Positions 38,470 to 48,804 of a DNA stretch of 64,000 bases are shown one piece after another. This DNA is from an uncultured delta proteobacterium (lineage in GTDB: Bacteria > Desulfobacterota > Desulfobacteria > Desulfobacterales > QNYZ01), in NCBI GenBank assembly GCA_963845145.1, contig CAWJQU010000005.1:960001-1024000 (forward strand). The letters run 5' to 3'. The notes under the pieces were generated by a model, which was not told where the DNA came from, did not search any database, and worked only from the letters and a program-made list of their open reading frames with translations. The translations under genes were made by a program, and so were the position numbers. Position 1 is the stretch's first letter; the number at the start of each line of letters is the position of its first letter.

Positions 38470-38570
38470 CGACCCACCTAAAATGGTATGTATTTAGATA
38501 AATATGAGCGCTGATAGGCCCAACCTGCTACTATTGTGGTGGGACCAAATGAAATTCGGTATTTATACAG

Positions 38571-38587
38571 AGCAAAGTTGATGCCAA
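38571..38587 (-). promoter_or_regulatory. sigma54 (-24/-12) promoter of the tusA-like/hdr cluster
   Basis: Minus strand TTGGCATCAACTTTGCT (GG-N10-GC); divergent from a sigma54 activator gene. Confidence 0.75.
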
Positions 38588-38707
38588 ATCAAAAATCGAT
38601 TTTCCTACCGAAATATGTGTGGACCCTTTTTGGGGCTGGCCCATTATTTAGGTGAAATCTATCGTGCGGTGTATGAATGAATTGAGGTGATCGTCTCGTC
38701 ACACACT

Positions 38708-38765
38708 TGTTAAAAAAGTGTTCAAGTGTTAAGAAATTGATTTAACAAATGTTAAAAATTAAACA
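38708..38765. promoter_or_regulatory. Candidate enhancer (UAS) sites for the sigma54 activator
   Basis: TGTTAA at 38708, 38727 and 38750, including TGTTAA-N9-TTAACA and TGT-N10-ACA. Confidence 0.45.
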
Positions 38766-38775
38766 GGAAGAATAG

Positions 38776-40155
38776 ATGTTAGCCAATGAACTAAACACCT
38801 TTTGGAAAACCGTCGTGGACACCATCCAGGATGGGATTATGATTGTGGATATTGATGGTACCATTGTTTCCATTAACAAGGCGTTTGAAAAAATAACCGG
38901 TTATAATCAGACTGAAATTATAGGTAAATCATGTGTCAAACTGAACTGCACCACCTGTGAAATTGCCCGTGAAAGGGGAAATGAGCACTGGTGTGCTCTA
39001 TTTCGGTCTGAGAAGATAAATATGCGCGAATGCCTGATTAAAAGGCAAGATGGTCGTCATGTCCAAGTGCTCAAAAATGCCTCTTTGCTGAAAGATGCTC
39101 GAGGGCAGACAATCGGGGCGGTGGAAACCCTAACTGATATATCCGAACTGATCTTCAAGGACACCCAGATTGAAGCTTTTCGTCGGGAACTGCGCGAGGA
39201 AAATCGTTTTTCCGGTATTATCGGCGCCTCCAGCCAGATGCAGCAAGTATTTGATTTAATAATTAATGCTGCGCGTTCCGACGCGCCCGTCATCATTTTT
39301 GGGGAAAGTGGTGCCGGAAAAGAGCTTGTTGCGCGAGCTATCCATGAAAATGGAGAAAGAAAGCGCAAACCATATATCAAGGTGAATTGCGCCGCATTGA
39401 ATGAAAACTTGCTCGAAAGTGAGCTGTTCGGGCACGTCAAGGGTGCCTTTACAAGTGCCTACCAGGATAGAAAAGGTCGATTTGAAGCTGCTCGGGGTGG
39501 GGATATTTTTCTCGATGAAATCGGTGAGTTACCCTTGACGACCCAGGTGAAGTTACTGCGTGTTCTGGAAGAAAAAGTGGTTGAACGGGTGGGCGCCAAC
39601 CAGCCCATCCCCATCAATGTACGGATTATTACCGCCACCAACCGAAATCTTGAGCCGATGATTAAATCGGGTGCTTTCAGGGATGATCTATTTTACCGCA
39701 TTAATGTTATTCCCATTAGCATTCCGCCGTTAAGGGAGCGTAAAGGCGATATTCCGCTTCTTGCTGAATCATTTTTTAGGCGGATTCAGCTAAAAAGCAC
39801 TAAAAGTATTCAAAGAATAAGCAATGAGGCCATGGAGACCCTTGTAAAATATTCCTGGCCGGGGAATGTCCGGGAGCTAAAGAGCGCATTTGAGTACGCC
39901 TTTGTTACCTGCCGGGAAGAGATGATCCGATCCAGAGATCTACCACCCAGCATTGTAAGTGAAACCATAGAAAATCAAGGTGTTATGGGATTGATTTCTG
40001 TGAATAGGGCAGAAACAAAAAAAAATCAGTTACTACATGCCTTAAAGCAGACCGGTGGAAATCAATCCCAGGCGGCTCAAGTCCTCGGTGTTTCGAGAGT
40101 GACCGTTTGGAACCGTATGAAACGCTATGGGATCAAAATCAATTATACGACTTGA
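38776..40155 (+). CDS. PAS-domain sigma54-dependent transcriptional activator
   Basis: PAS; GESGAGKE; ESELFGHVKGAFTSA (GAFTGA variant); FLDEIG; WPGNVREL; Fis HTH. Confidence 0.95.
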   Translation: MLANELNTFWKTVVDTIQDGIMIVDIDGTIVSINKAFEKITGYNQTEIIGKSCVKLNCTTCEIARERGNEHWCALFRSEKINMRECLIKRQDGRHVQVLKNASLLKDARGQTIGAVETLTDISELIFKDTQIEAFRRELREENRFSGIIGASSQMQQVFDLIINAARSDAPVIIFGESGAGKELVARAIHENGERKRKPYIKVNCAALNENLLESELFGHVKGAFTSAYQDRKGRFEAARGGDIFLDEIGELPLTTQVKLLRVLEEKVVERVGANQPIPINVRIITATNRNLEPMIKSGAFRDDLFYRINVIPISIPPLRERKGDIPLLAESFFRRIQLKSTKSIQRISNEAMETLVKYSWPGNVRELKSAFEYAFVTCREEMIRSRDLPPSIVSETIENQGVMGLISVNRAETKKNQLLHALKQTGGNQSQAAQVLGVSRVTVWNRMKRYGIKINYTT

Positions 40156-40395
40156 TTCGGGTCCTGAACTATCGCTGAATAAAAGCGATGGTTAATCGTA
40201 GTCCGGCATGGTTATTGCTTAATTCGTTACCGAATGGCTCATTGTATTACCTCCATTCGAGCTGTTTTACCTCAACCTCAGATGGGTCGCCCCATGGGAT
40301 TTTTTTCTCATGGGGTCGATCTATTTGTTCTTCCCGCCGGCCTGATATTTATAAATGTGCATCATTTATAGCGGTTTTAAAAACGTCTTTTTGCG

Positions 40396-41160
40396 TCACA
40401 TCTTATCAGACACCCAATTTATTTTTGAAGGGTCAAACCCATGCTCAATGGTCGGTTTAACGATGCTGAAATATGGCGAAACATCAAAATCACGCGGTGT
40501 AAAAAGAGTGTGGTGGCGAATGTGGAGGGTTTGTTTGTGGCAATTTCGACACGCAATGTCCCCGGTTTTTTTGGCAATCACCTGGGGCAGGATCGGGTAG
40601 CGTACGGTTTGAAATGCCTGTGCGATCAGTGAAGAACAAATGGCCCGGGTCGGATCGCCGCTACCGAGCGCCAGCAAGCGCCGGCGCCAGTGTGTGGGAA
40701 CAGGCGGGGTTTGAATAAGATATCGAGCCAGGTCAAAAATATTTTTAAGATCATACCGATGTCCTAGACGCGAGAGGGTATATTGAATCACCGCATCGAT
40801 CTCTTCGGGCTTCAAGCCAACCGGACGACAAATACGTGTGTGCAAAGCGCCATAGGCGTTCAAGGGTACCGCCCGGACCCCTTCGTTGACATCCGCTTCC
40901 ACCAATACCTTTGGCTCTTCAGATGGCGAAGGGCCAAGTGCATTGCCGATAAAAAGGGTCGCGTGGGACCAGCTGGACTGGGTAAGATATTTGATGGCCA
41001 TGCTGAAACCGCTGTTTCCATCAACCAGCAGCACGTCACCGGGTCGAAGGGCAGCTCGTAAATCATCCAGGGTACAGGTCGCAACCTGGGCGGTGCTTGT
41101 CCTGGGACGTGACAAGTGCCGGGCTAACCGTCGTCCGATGTTCCGGAAAACCGAGATCAT
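40396..41160 (-). CDS. Permuted papain-like NlpC/P60 amidase (YiiX/YebB-like)
   Basis: LRPGDVLL, SSWSHA (His), ICSSLIA (Cys) in permuted order. Confidence 0.8.
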   Translation of the reverse strand: MISVFRNIGRRLARHLSRPRTSTAQVATCTLDDLRAALRPGDVLLVDGNSGFSMAIKYLTQSSWSHATLFIGNALGPSPSEEPKVLVEADVNEGVRAVPLNAYGALHTRICRPVGLKPEEIDAVIQYTLSRLGHRYDLKNIFDLARYLIQTPPVPTHWRRRLLALGSGDPTRAICSSLIAQAFQTVRYPILPQVIAKKTGDIACRNCHKQTLHIRHHTLFTPRDFDVSPYFSIVKPTIEHGFDPSKINWVSDKM

Positions 41161-41286
41161 ATCATTTGGACGCGGTGTGTGTGATTTAAGATTGAGGACG
41201 GACGGTATGGTGCCATTTTTTCGCTTAAAGTTCTATCTTTTAGTTGAGACGGAAAAAGTTCTCCATTTTTATAAATAGCCCGCTTG

Positions 41287-41871
41287 CTAATGGTATTTTT
41301 CCGCAGTTTTTAGAAAAGCCTCAATATCACTATTAAGAAGCAGGGGAAGTGTTTTTTCGATCTGGTCATCCGGCCACTGCCACCATTTGGTGTTCAACAA
41401 ACGCTGGATTGTATGATCGTCGAATCGTTTTTTAACGATCCGGGCCGGATTGCCAACGGCTACACCGTAAGGTAAAATGTCCTCGGCGACCACCGCCCGG
41501 GCACCGATGACGGCGCCGTCGCCGATCGTTACTCCGGATAAAATGACCGCATCGTTTCCAATCCAGACATCATTGCCGATTGTTACGTCTCCCCTGGTTT
41601 TCGGGTGCCCCTCAATTTTTTGACCGGCGGTCCAAAAAACACTGAACGGGTAGGTGGTCACCCAGTCCGTACGATGGTCACCCCCGAGAATAATTTTAAC
41701 CCCAGCGGCAATAGAGCAAAAGGCCCCGATCATCAAAGTGGCGCCATCTTTTTGTCTGAGTATTTCCAGGTCGGGCCCGTACGTACCCCGACCGATCCGG
41801 TATTGGGGGAATCGCTTGTGGAGGTTTTTTGCTTTTCGATGCAGCAGTTGTCTCAGAAAAGGTCTAATCAT
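41287..41871 (-). CDS. CatB/Vat-related hexapeptide-repeat O-acetyltransferase
   Basis: IGAFCSIA, HRTDWVTTYPF, IGNDVWIG, GNPAR, WWQW. Confidence 0.88.
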   Translation of the reverse strand: MIRPFLRQLLHRKAKNLHKRFPQYRIGRGTYGPDLEILRQKDGATLMIGAFCSIAAGVKIILGGDHRTDWVTTYPFSVFWTAGQKIEGHPKTRGDVTIGNDVWIGNDAVILSGVTIGDGAVIGARAVVAEDILPYGVAVGNPARIVKKRFDDHTIQRLLNTKWWQWPDDQIEKTLPLLLNSDIEAFLKTAEKYH

Positions 41872-41987
41872 GAAATACCGGTGCCTACCGCTACGATCAT
41901 CATTTTGGAGATGGTCTTGTTTGGGTTATTGAATTTAGTATTATCAATAATTTCCATTTATTTCAAGATATTATTGTACGATCTATT

Positions 41988-43529
41988 TTATCTGAGATCA
42001 CCTGTCCGACCCTGAGAGGGCATTTTAAAGAAATGGGTGATACAAGCGGGGACCTCGTCCGCTCGATGGGTGACGAATATGATGCGGGTATCCGTGGTCC
42101 GGCCGATATGATTAACCAGATTAAGTACGTGCCGGCGGTTGGTCCGATCAAGCCCCTGGCAAGGTTCGTCTAGAATCAGGACCTCGGGTGATTTGACCAT
42201 GGCCCGGGTGATCAGAACCATTTTCCTTTCTCCGAAAGACAACTGGTCGTACCGGTGGTGCATTAAAGCTGTCAGATTTAGGCGTTGAATCCATTCATTG
42301 GCACAATTTTGCTGGGTTTTCGTGCATGAACGGTACAACCCGATACTATCGAAAAACCCGGAGCGCACCACATCGATGGCGGGAATTCTTTTACGGTATT
42401 GGCGCTGTAATTCGGCGGATACGATGCCAAACCTTTTTTTGATTTCCCAAATACTCTCACCGGATCCCCGCTGTCGGCCGAAGAGGTGAATATCATTGGC
42501 GTAGGCCTGCAAGTGATCGCCGGTAATCAGCTGTAATAACGTTGTTTTCCCGGATCCGTTGGGGCCGAGGACAGCCCAGTTTTCCCCCTTGTTCACCTTC
42601 CATGACAGGTGTTCGAATACGGTTATGGTACCGTAGCGAACCGAGGCGTTGCGAATGTCTATGATCGTTTGGTCCGTTTCACCGGTTGGAGGGTTGATTT
42701 TAAAGTCCGGTTGCGTCAGCCTGGCGGACGCGTCGTACAGCGCGTCGATTAAATGGGGCGCCAGCATTTCTTTGCGTTTTCCCTGGGCAACCACTCGGCC
42801 CCCTTTTATCGCGATGATATACTCAATTTTGTTGGGAATGTCGTCGAAGCGGTGTGAAACTAAAATGACCTGAACGCCGTGGCCCATCATTGTATCCAGC
42901 ATCATGCTCAGGTTTCGGCGATGATCGACATCCAGGCCGGCAAAAGGCTCATCTAGAATCAGCAAGCCTTTGGATTTTATGAGGGCGCGGGCTATAAAGG
43001 ACCGGCGCAGTTCGCCGGATGATAACCGACGCACTTCCCGTTTCAATAGATGGACAAGGTCAAGACGGTCAAGGACAGTATCGATTTTACCCATCGGCGT
43101 ATCGACGCCTGAGCGATTGTAATCGATGAGATCCTCGACTAAAAGCAGATCGTTGGCCCTGCCTGAAAAGTAGCGCGCCTCGTCGCGGGCCCGTTCCCGA
43201 TCAATCAGACGCTGTTCCGCCTCGAAAGAGACGTACCCTACAGCTTCGGGAGCAGCCATCGCATGATGACGCGCTAACGACCCGGCGACCACCGGCACCT
43301 GACCGGTGATAGATCGCATGAGGGACGTTTTGCCTGCTCCATTGGGACCGATAACGGCCCAGTTCTCTCCAGAGCGAACTTCCCAGTTTGTGTCGGCTAA
43401 AATTCGAGAATCCCGTACCCGCAGGGTTACCGCGGACATGGAAAAAATTTTATCATAGGCCTGTCCGATTTTTACACGGGAAATCACGGTGTGATTTGGA
43501 TCTGGTGAATGATCGGTTACCTGCCCCAT
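41988..43529 (-). CDS. Duplicated ABC ATPase, ModF-like
   Basis: Two Walker A motifs, LSSGE/LSFGE, GESIWEIKK, ILDEPCQGLD. Confidence 0.85.
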   Translation of the reverse strand: MGQVTDHSPDPNHTVISRVKIGQAYDKIFSMSAVTLRVRDSRILADTNWEVRSGENWAVIGPNGAGKTSLMRSITGQVPVVAGSLARHHAMAAPEAVGYVSFEAEQRLIDRERARDEARYFSGRANDLLLVEDLIDYNRSGVDTPMGKIDTVLDRLDLVHLLKREVRRLSSGELRRSFIARALIKSKGLLILDEPFAGLDVDHRRNLSMMLDTMMGHGVQVILVSHRFDDIPNKIEYIIAIKGGRVVAQGKRKEMLAPHLIDALYDASARLTQPDFKINPPTGETDQTIIDIRNASVRYGTITVFEHLSWKVNKGENWAVLGPNGSGKTTLLQLITGDHLQAYANDIHLFGRQRGSGESIWEIKKRFGIVSAELQRQYRKRIPAIDVVRSGFFDSIGLYRSCTKTQQNCANEWIQRLNLTALMHHRYDQLSFGERKMVLITRAMVKSPEVLILDEPCQGLDRTNRRHVLNLVNHIGRTTDTRIIFVTHRADEVPACITHFFKMPSQGRTGDLR

Positions 43530-43566
43530 AAGATATCGTTTTTATACACAGTTGATTATATCCAAT

Positions 43567-44577
43567 TTATTCCGGCCGAAAGGGACGGCCGAGGGATGCC
43601 GGTGCGTTCCCGGTGAATACACGCAAAAACCGATGCAGCCATCCGTGCCCACCGTAGCGTGCGTTGCGTGAAGTTGATGGGTCGGGCAACCCCTTGTCGG
43701 AAATTTTCTGGGCGTAAGAGATCGCCAGAAGCGTAAAGATCATCAATGGAAACGGTGCCACCTGGAAAACCTGGGTGGGAATCGACGGCAGCCATCCCTG
43801 GAGGTAAATGCCGATGACCTGTAAAAAGGCAAAAAGATATGCGCCAAAAGCAACCCGCAGTGGGTGCCACCCCCCAAAAATGACCAGGGCCAAAGCGATC
43901 CAGCCGGACCCTTCCGCCCCCTGGGGTCGGCCCCAACCGGGTTTGATGGCCAATGAAAAAGCCGCCCCGGCCAGTCCTACGAGCAGGCCACCGCAAACCG
44001 TGTATAAAAACTGTAGTTTACTCGGATTGATGCCCCGGGCATAAGCGGCGGCCGGATGCTCACCGACACTGCGAAGGGATAACCCCATGGGGGTTCGAAA
44101 AAGATACCACCAGCAGAAAAAGATACCTATTAGACTGGTATAGACTGGTATAGAGTGGGAAAAAAAAACCGGGCCGAAAAAGGGCAAATCCTGCAAAATG
44201 GGTACAGGCATGGGCAGTGCCTGGGGGCCGGGTAAACGCGCATACGGGTTGCCCAGGAAATAAGCCAAATCACGGGTCATCAGCGTAAGTACGAATCCCA
44301 CGGCTACCTGGGATTGGCCGAGATAGATACTAAAAAACGCCACCAGTGCAGCCACGAGACCGCCCACCGCTGCGGCCGTCACAAATCCCAAGACCACGCT
44401 TTTTGTATGATAAGCCACGACAAAGGCGGTCATGGCGCTCAGCAAAATGGTTCCATCCAGGGAAAGGTTGACGATGCCGGCCCGTTCGGTAATGGTTTCG
44501 CCCAGCGCTGCCAGTAGAACGGGTGTGGCCCCGGCCAACACACTGGCCAACAGGATAGTGATATTGATCTCAAGCAT
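43567..44577 (-). CDS. Nucleoside/sugar (CUT2-like) ABC permease
   Basis: ALGETITERAGIVNL, RSVGEHP, GWIALALVIFG. Confidence 0.88.
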   Translation of the reverse strand: MLEINITILLASVLAGATPVLLAALGETITERAGIVNLSLDGTILLSAMTAFVVAYHTKSVVLGFVTAAAVGGLVAALVAFFSIYLGQSQVAVGFVLTLMTRDLAYFLGNPYARLPGPQALPMPVPILQDLPFFGPVFFSHSIPVYTSLIGIFFCWWYLFRTPMGLSLRSVGEHPAAAYARGINPSKLQFLYTVCGGLLVGLAGAAFSLAIKPGWGRPQGAEGSGWIALALVIFGGWHPLRVAFGAYLFAFLQVIGIYLQGWLPSIPTQVFQVAPFPLMIFTLLAISYAQKISDKGLPDPSTSRNARYGGHGWLHRFLRVFTGNAPASLGRPFRPE

Positions 44578-45670
44578 CGGGTATCATCTCTTTTGACGCG
44601 GACTTTAACCGTTGCTGTTTGCGCCAGCCATAGAATCTGTGGGCCGCTAAAACAGTCAGAACCAGCGACCCCTGAATGACGCCGGATAACGATGAATCCA
44701 CCTGTAATACGATGGGCAATTGAATACTGCCCACGTTCAGCCCGGCAAAAAAGAGGGCGACAATGGGTACCAGCCAGATGTTATAATTGGCCAGCATCAC
44801 CACAAGTAAACTCAAATAGCCGTAATTGCTGGAAATAGCCGGAATGAGGCGATGATAAACGCCGGTGACCTGAAAAGCGCCGGCCAGACCGGCGAACCCA
44901 CCGGCGAAAACCATGGCCAAAAGCATGTAGCGACCCGGTTTCAGGCCGAAAAGGACCGTTGCACGGGCATTGGCGCCGATGGCCTTCAGGTTAAGGCCGA
45001 TGCGGCTATAGCGCAACATGATAGCGGTGGCCAAAAGGGCCAAAAGGGCCAAGGCCAATCCAACCGGAGAAAGACGCCACCCGGGTATATAGGATAACCA
45101 CAGCGTATCGGGTAACAGCTCCGTTCCGCTCATGGAGGCCACCCCCGGTCGCTTCCAGGGACCAAAAATCAGCCATAAAATGATTCCCTGGGCGACAAAA
45201 TTCATTCCCAAACCGGCAAATATTTCGTGGACATTGCCTCTGGTTTTCAGCCATCCGGCAATGGCGGCCCAGATCGCTCCGCCGACAATGGCGGCCGGAA
45301 AGGTAAGGATAAACGAAATCGCAGGTGAACCGCTCCCAATACCTGTTTGTAATAATGCGGTTGCAAATACAGCCCCCATCATCACCTGGCCCTCGATACC
45401 GATGTTCCATAATCCGATTCGAAAGGTAAACAGCAATCCACAGGAGCAGAGCATCAGGGGAATCCACGCTTTAAGCACATGGGAAAATTTAATCCAACTG
45501 CCCAATGATCCGAGGAAGATATGATAATACGCGGCCAGCGGTGGCGCTCCGGCCGAATAGATGACGAGTGTCGTAAAGATGAATACGGCGATAAGGGAGA
45601 CAAATGTGCGGCCTAGGAGACCAAACAGGTTTCCGGTATTTCTATCGGAGCCATGGGTAATCGTGGTCAT
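44570..45670 (-). CDS. Nucleoside/sugar ABC permease
   Basis: WNIGIEGQ, KAIGAN, AGLAG; polytopic. Confidence 0.88.
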   Translation of the reverse strand: MTTITHGSDRNTGNLFGLLGRTFVSLIAVFIFTTLVIYSAGAPPLAAYYHIFLGSLGSWIKFSHVLKAWIPLMLCSCGLLFTFRIGLWNIGIEGQVMMGAVFATALLQTGIGSGSPAISFILTFPAAIVGGAIWAAIAGWLKTRGNVHEIFAGLGMNFVAQGIILWLIFGPWKRPGVASMSGTELLPDTLWLSYIPGWRLSPVGLALALLALLATAIMLRYSRIGLNLKAIGANARATVLFGLKPGRYMLLAMVFAGGFAGLAGAFQVTGVYHRLIPAISSNYGYLSLLVVMLANYNIWLVPIVALFFAGLNVGSIQLPIVLQVDSSLSGVIQGSLVLTVLAAHRFYGWRKQQRLKSASKEMIPDA

Positions 45671-47136
45671 TGGCGCGTCTCTCCGCCAGCCACTGCGCGT
45701 CCCAAGATCTCGGCATCGGCTTTATGGGCAGAAATATCCGCGACGACATTTCCGTTATAAAAAACAATGGCGCGATCTGCGACCATCAGAATCTCGTCTA
45801 GTTCAGCTGAAGCGAAAACAATGGCCGCCCCGGCGGCAGCATAGGCTTGAAGATGATGCCATACCCAATGGGCAGATCCCACATCCAAACCGCGGGTGGG
45901 GTTTTCCAGAAGGAGAATCGTGGGGTCTGAGGGCAATAAGGAAAGAAGTAATCGTTGCTGGTTCCCACCGGACAGTGCGTCGGCGTTCGTGTTGGGTTGG
46001 CCTTTTATATTGAATTGGGCAATGCTTTTTTCGGCCTGTATTTCGGCGGCTTTCCGGTCTGAAAAAAATCCACCCCGATTAACATTCAGACAAAAATGCT
46101 CGGTAATGGATAATCCTGGAATCAGCCCCTCTTCAATGCGTGACGCGGGTATAAAGGCGCCACCTTTTTTTTTGAAGTCGTGATATCCGGAACCGTTTAA
46201 TTTTTCACCGCCGATGATGGCCTGGCCTTCGAAGGGTTGCGCGAGCCCGGCGGCGATTCGTAAAAATATTCCCTGGCCGCTGCCTTCCAGGCCGGCAAGT
46301 CCTACGATTTCACCGGCATGAATGGTCGCGCTGCAATTATTTAACCCGGCGCGCCCACCCCGGGCGGAAACATTTTTAAGCGCCAACACCGGCTTGCCGG
46401 GTTGGGCAGGTTGATGGACCGGTGGGGCGGGCAGGGCACCAAACATCATGGTTAATAGCCGGTCGGTCTGAAAGGGAGCCGTCATGCGACCGGATACCTT
46501 TCCCTGGCGCATCACCGTCACCTCATTGCACAAAGCGATCACATCTTCCAGTTTGTGGGAAACGAGAATCACGCTTTTCCCATTAGCCACCATGGTTTTT
46601 AAACCCGAGAAAAGGATCTCTTTTTGGGTCCGGGATATGCCGGTTGTAGGCTCGTCTAGGATGAGGACCTGGATGTTCAGTGCCAACAGCCGTAGGATCT
46701 CCAGCTGTTGCCGTTCACCCACAGTCAAGCGATTGAGTTGGGCGCTCGGTTCCAGTTGAAAGCCGAGCTGTGAGGCTTGTTTCGACAATTCGGCACGAGA
46801 CGTTTCTTTGCGTTCAATCAGTCCGAATGTTTGTCCGATCATGAAATTGTCTAAAACAGTGAGTTGGGGAAAATCAAGCGGCTCCTGATGAAGCATACCG
46901 ATTTTATAGTGAGCCGCTAATGCAGGGGTATCGATATCCACCGTTTGGCCGTCGATTCGCGTCGTACCGTGGGTTTTTCGGGCAAAGCCGGTAAGGATTT
47001 TCATCAACGTGCTTTTACCGGCCCCATTTTCTCCTAAAATACCATGGATCGAACCGGACTGAATGGTTAGAGATACCCCATCATTGGCCCGTATATCGCC
47101 GTAATGCTTGTGGATATTTTTTAGCTCAATCTGCAT
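45667..47136 (-). CDS. Nucleoside/sugar ABC ATP-binding protein (tandem domains)
   Basis: GENGAGKS, ILDEPT, LSGGNQQ, PTRGLDVG. Confidence 0.92.
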   Translation of the reverse strand: MQIELKNIHKHYGDIRANDGVSLTIQSGSIHGILGENGAGKSTLMKILTGFARKTHGTTRIDGQTVDIDTPALAAHYKIGMLHQEPLDFPQLTVLDNFMIGQTFGLIERKETSRAELSKQASQLGFQLEPSAQLNRLTVGERQQLEILRLLALNIQVLILDEPTTGISRTQKEILFSGLKTMVANGKSVILVSHKLEDVIALCNEVTVMRQGKVSGRMTAPFQTDRLLTMMFGALPAPPVHQPAQPGKPVLALKNVSARGGRAGLNNCSATIHAGEIVGLAGLEGSGQGIFLRIAAGLAQPFEGQAIIGGEKLNGSGYHDFKKKGGAFIPASRIEEGLIPGLSITEHFCLNVNRGGFFSDRKAAEIQAEKSIAQFNIKGQPNTNADALSGGNQQRLLLSLLPSDPTILLLENPTRGLDVGSAHWVWHHLQAYAAAGAAIVFASAELDEILMVADRAIVFYNGNVVADISAHKADAEILGRAVAGGETRQ

Positions 47137-47343
47137 ATGTCAATCTAAATGGCCTGGGAGCCCATGTACAAATAGAAAGAATGAGATGTCATTGGATGTG
47201 CGGCCTTACAGGGCGTAGAAATCCATTCGGAAAAAATTTTAATAACTACTGGATGAAACGAAACAAAAAGCGCGGGGGCTTTCGGACACACCCCCGCACC
47301 AGGACTTAACTTTGCCAAATATTCGACCAAATGATCAAACGGC

Positions 47344-48537
47344 TTATTTGGCGCTGCTTTGCCCATCCATACCTTGTAGAAGCTGTTTGAGATACCAGAC
47401 CTGTTGGTCGGTGGCTTTTTCACCGTCTTTTAAAAAGACCGATCCATCTTGATATTGAAGCGGTCCTGTGAACAGGTCGATTTTACTGCTCCCCAGGTCG
47501 GCGATGAATTGGTCCAGGGCTTTTTTCGCATCAGCAGAGAGGGCCGGACCGGGCTTAAACCCGATCGAGCTCGTATCCGGATTGTTGAGATCGGCCCAGT
47601 CCGGTCCCAACCATTCCCATTTGGAGGCCCATTTTCCATTTTTTGCCGCTTTGATCATTTCGAGATATCCAGGGCCCCAATTAAAATAGGGTACGCCGAG
47701 ACAAATCTCGGCGCCGCCTTCACAGGCACCGATGTAGTCATAAGGAACGGCATAAACGTTTTTACCTGCCTGGCGTTTTTGCTGGGCCACCACCACTGCC
47801 TCCGTCGTATCGATGCCGGAAATGACAACATCATAGTCTGTATCGAAAAAGCTTTGGGCCACTTGGGTGGGGTCGGCAGTGACGCCGGGAATGTTAAACC
47901 AGAAACCGATCCAGGTGATTTTAAATTTGAGTTCGTCGGGATTTTTTTTGAGTACTTTTTCCCAGGCATAGCGGGCGCCCAAATAGCAAGACGAGGCTAA
48001 ACGCCGGGTTTCTTCATTGATCAGCGGTCCCAGATAGCCGATTTTACCGGTCTGGGTCGTCATGGCGGCGACAAATCCGGCCATCATTTTGCCGTATTCC
48101 ATCCGCCCCATGAGGTTGGCCATGTTTTTAGGCGCTTTTCCAGTGAGGACATCATCACCCGAAATATGGATAAATTGAATGTCGGGGTGCATCTTGGCTG
48201 CTTCACGAGCGCCGTCTTTCATATCATCGGAATTGGCGATGATCAATTTGGCGCCCTTTTCCACCATGTCATCGACAAGCTGAGGAATGGTGACACCGGG
48301 TCGATCGGCCGGATTGACCTTGTCAATATAGATCATCTTGGTGCCGGGAATTTTTTCCTCGATGTATTTCCCACCATCGAAATGGGCCTGGCTCCATCCG
48401 TGATCGTTATATGGGCCCACCAATAGCAGGCCGAAAGTGAATGGATTCTCAGTGGCGCTCACTGTGGGCTGGAACAAGAATCCTGATGAAATGGCCAAAA
48501 TGGCCAACCACAACAGAAAAGACCGTTTTTTCTTCAT
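47344..48537 (-). CDS. BMP family ABC substrate-binding protein
   Basis: Signal peptide; LVGPYNDHGWSQAH; KIGYLG; NWGPGY; AGGAGG RBS. Confidence 0.9.
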   Translation of the reverse strand: MKKKRSFLLWLAILAISSGFLFQPTVSATENPFTFGLLLVGPYNDHGWSQAHFDGGKYIEEKIPGTKMIYIDKVNPADRPGVTIPQLVDDMVEKGAKLIIANSDDMKDGAREAAKMHPDIQFIHISGDDVLTGKAPKNMANLMGRMEYGKMMAGFVAAMTTQTGKIGYLGPLINEETRRLASSCYLGARYAWEKVLKKNPDELKFKITWIGFWFNIPGVTADPTQVAQSFFDTDYDVVISGIDTTEAVVVAQQKRQAGKNVYAVPYDYIGACEGGAEICLGVPYFNWGPGYLEMIKAAKNGKWASKWEWLGPDWADLNNPDTSSIGFKPGPALSADAKKALDQFIADLGSSKIDLFTGPLQYQDGSVFLKDGEKATDQQVWYLKQLLQGMDGQSSAK

Positions 48538-48596
48538 TAACTACCTCCTGACCGTAAATGGGTTGGTAAATAAATCGGGCTCACTTTAGAGAAAGG

Positions 48597-48626
48597 ACTA
48601 TAAGTGTAAAGAACGAATCAGGTCAA
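48597..48626 (-). promoter_or_regulatory. sigma70-type promoter of the BMP operon
   Basis: Minus strand TTGACC-N18-TATAGT. Confidence 0.45.
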
Positions 48627-48804
48627 GTGTTAAGCTTATCGGTTCCTGATAAAAAAGGATTCTTTTGCCCATTTTCTTTTGTTGACATGTAACCTTATTT
48701 TGTGTTTTAAGGAAGATTTGGTTAAAAAGAGCGGTTCAATACCAATGGGCTCATTCGTGATTGGATTGCCCGTATTTAAATAACAGTAAATTGGGAGGTG
48801 CATT

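Noticed and set aside
41287..41871. Chloramphenicol/streptogramin resistance gene (catB/vat)
   Set aside because: Only family-level hexapeptide motifs are seen, with no integron or mobile context; many homologs acetylate other substrates.
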